A DNA stretch of 64,000 nucleotides from contig OZ024755.1 of the NCBI GenBank assembly GCA_964016885.1, forward strand, positions 17,856,001-17,920,000, read 5' to 3'. The notes beneath the pieces were generated by a model. That model saw only the letters and a program-made list of their open reading frames with translations, was not told the origin of the DNA and did not search any database. Positions within the stretch are counted from its first letter, which is position 1. Each line of letters opens with the position of its first letter. This stretch comes from Eledone cirrhosa (lineage: Eukaryota). Positions 61,730-64,000 of this stretch are shown here, in pieces. The position numbers and the translations under genes are program-made.

Positions 61730-62718
61730 GAAGATACACAACAAGGACTTTCCTCAACAAATATACATAGAATTTACCCTAGAGATGTGGATTTTTATCT
61801 GGAAGATGTACAGAGGGGATTTTCCTTCCAAGATTTACAAATTGGATTTCAACATGGAGGTATATAGATTGGTAATATACTTTGATGTTATACAAAATGG
61901 GATCTTAAATGTAGCATGGATTTCATCTTGCTTAAAGCGTATATTTTACTTTGAAGATATAGACTGGAGTTTACTTTGGAGATATGCAAGCAGTAGATTT
62001 TACCTTGGAGATATACAGGTAATGGATTTTCTTGAATTTATACAATGTGGAGTTTACCTTGACCACATACAGAGGTGATTTTACCTTCGAGATATAAATA
62101 GTTGATTGTACCTTGGAGATGTACAGACTGGAGTTTACCTTCTTTGTGTACAGGCTTGATTGTACCTTGAATATATATATATATATAGAACGGTTTATAC
62201 TGTGCAGATAAACACAGTGAATTTTTTCCTGGGAGATATATTATTGAATTTTACCTTTGAGTTATAAAGAGGATTTTACCTTCCAAGTATACAATGTGGA
62301 TTTTACCTTGGAGATATACATATTGTATTTTCGTTGACAGACATACATGGTAGACATACAAATACAGTAGATTTTACCTTGGAGATACAAAGTTGATTTT
62401 ACCTTCAAAATATACTGATTCTATTGTAACTTTGAATATACACCATGCTGATTTTACCTGAAATATCTATAGAGAGGATTACACCTGGGAGAAATAATGT
62501 CCTAGAATTTACCTTGGAATTGAATTGAATGGATTGGATTTTACCTTGGGTCTCTAAAGTGAGTTTTACCTTTGATTTCTACTGAGCGGATTGCACCTTA
62601 AAGATTTGACATGTTGATTTTATCCTGGAGATATACAGAGTGGAATTTATCATGCTGCCTTATGAGGTAAGTTTTACTTTGAATGTATAGAAAATGATTT
62701 TTACCTTGAAGATGTAGA
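61730..62718. repeat. degenerate ~30-bp tandem array
   Basis: Recurrent GGATTTTACCTTGGAGATATACA motif over about 1 kb. Confidence 0.8.
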
Positions 62719-64000
62719 GCAGTGTTTCTTAACCTGGGGTGCCGGCACTCCCAAGGGATGCGAGGTTCAGTTCTTAAGGGTGCAAACAGAGGTTGAGAAA
62801 AACAACTTTTTTTTTCATTTTACCTCGCATAATTCATAGCTTTCCACTTTAGATAATGTTGTTAGATTACGTCCACATACGAAAAAGACAGAATGATCAC
62901 GGCTGGAATATCTTTGATCATAACTCTGCCCAACCAAGGTTGAACTTGAACGCTAAACAACCAGCCTTATTCCCATTAAATGTCAATATTTTCCTCAACT
63001 TAAAAGGAAGATAACTTTGAAAGACCACACAATTGTTATCTCCCTTTAAATTCTGATATTTTTTTTTTTTATTATCACTATCAATCATCATCGTTTTTAC
63101 GTCCAATTTTTTTATGCTATCAAGAGTTGGACAAGATATTTTGAGACAATGTTTCATTGCCAGGTGCTTTTCCTGATTCTAACCCTTTTAGTCGCCTCTT
63201 ACGACACGCAGGGAAACAATCTACCTATGTTTTTAAAAAAACCCGGGATACAGCAAAATGTATAAAATAACGAAGAACTCAGAATTTTAACAAAGCTCCA
63301 TCATTTATATATACAGGGTGATGCAAACGTCATACACCACCTTAATTATGTGAAAACCCGTTTATATAAGAGAAACGATAATCTTTTATTTATCGTTTAT
63401 TATAACAAAATTATTTTACTGATGCACGACTTTTGTTATAATAAAGTTTATACCTCCGCCACTTTACAGTCCTTTAGAATTCTTCTTCTAACTACATCAT
63501 ATTTCTACACGCATTTGTTTGATTCGATCGACAAGATCCCAGATCTCATTCGTTTATCGAGTGGGGTGGAGCTCGTCAAATCGAACCAAGGAATTTCCTG
63601 GCTGAAAGAGCAACGCAAAATAAAGTGTCTTGCTCAAGAACGTAATGCATCACCCGGTCCAGGAATCGAACTGGCAACCTCATGATTGTGAATCCAATAC
63701 TTTAACTGTTAAGTTATGCGGTATTAACTTAAATAATTTCCAGTGAATATCGATCTCACTAGCCTGTGAAAGTGTTTAAAACTTTTGTTACTAATCTGCC
63801 TGAAACTGCCTCTGTTTATCTAAAATCATTCCACCATGATTTTATGTAAAAATCTTTAAGTTATGTTCCATACACCAAATTAATAATGGTTTCTGATTTA
63901 GGCACAGAACCAATGATTTGGGGGCAGAAGAAAGTTGATTAAATCAACCCCAGAGCATTACTGGTGATTTTATCGACCCCATAAGGATGAAAGGCAAAGC

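Overview
AT-rich, microsatellite- and SINE-dense animal DNA, most likely a coleoid cephalopod such as Octopus (inferred from the repeat landscape, not verified). It carries one complete protein-coding gene on the + strand: a sortilin (SORT1-like VPS10P-domain receptor), reconstructed by hand as 21 GT-AG exons from ATG 11303 to TAA 52827. All intron phases are compatible (2418 nt, 805 aa). The protein has a signal peptide, a propeptide ending in RFKR, Asp-box propeller repeats, the 10CC module, one TM helix, and YSLL and DxxLL sorting motifs. Nearly all listed ORFs are microsatellite or repeat artefacts. The rest of the window is TE debris: SINEs, RTE/CR1/CRE LINE 3' ends, mariner, piggyBac-like, hAT, Tc2 and Tigger-like MITEs, and a Helitron. 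Most notable observations: (i) an almost intact minimal type-I hammerhead ribozyme (6031-6086, minus strand) with several degenerate relatives; (ii) a tandem array born from the exon-5 splice donor, giving about 25 AG|GTATGT-like sites, two of them in frame; (iii) a minisatellite derived from a transposon terminus; (iv) several pre-miRNA-sized hairpins; (v) a cryptic acceptor that would give a TM-less, soluble receptor. There is a 200-N assembly gap at 17351-17550.
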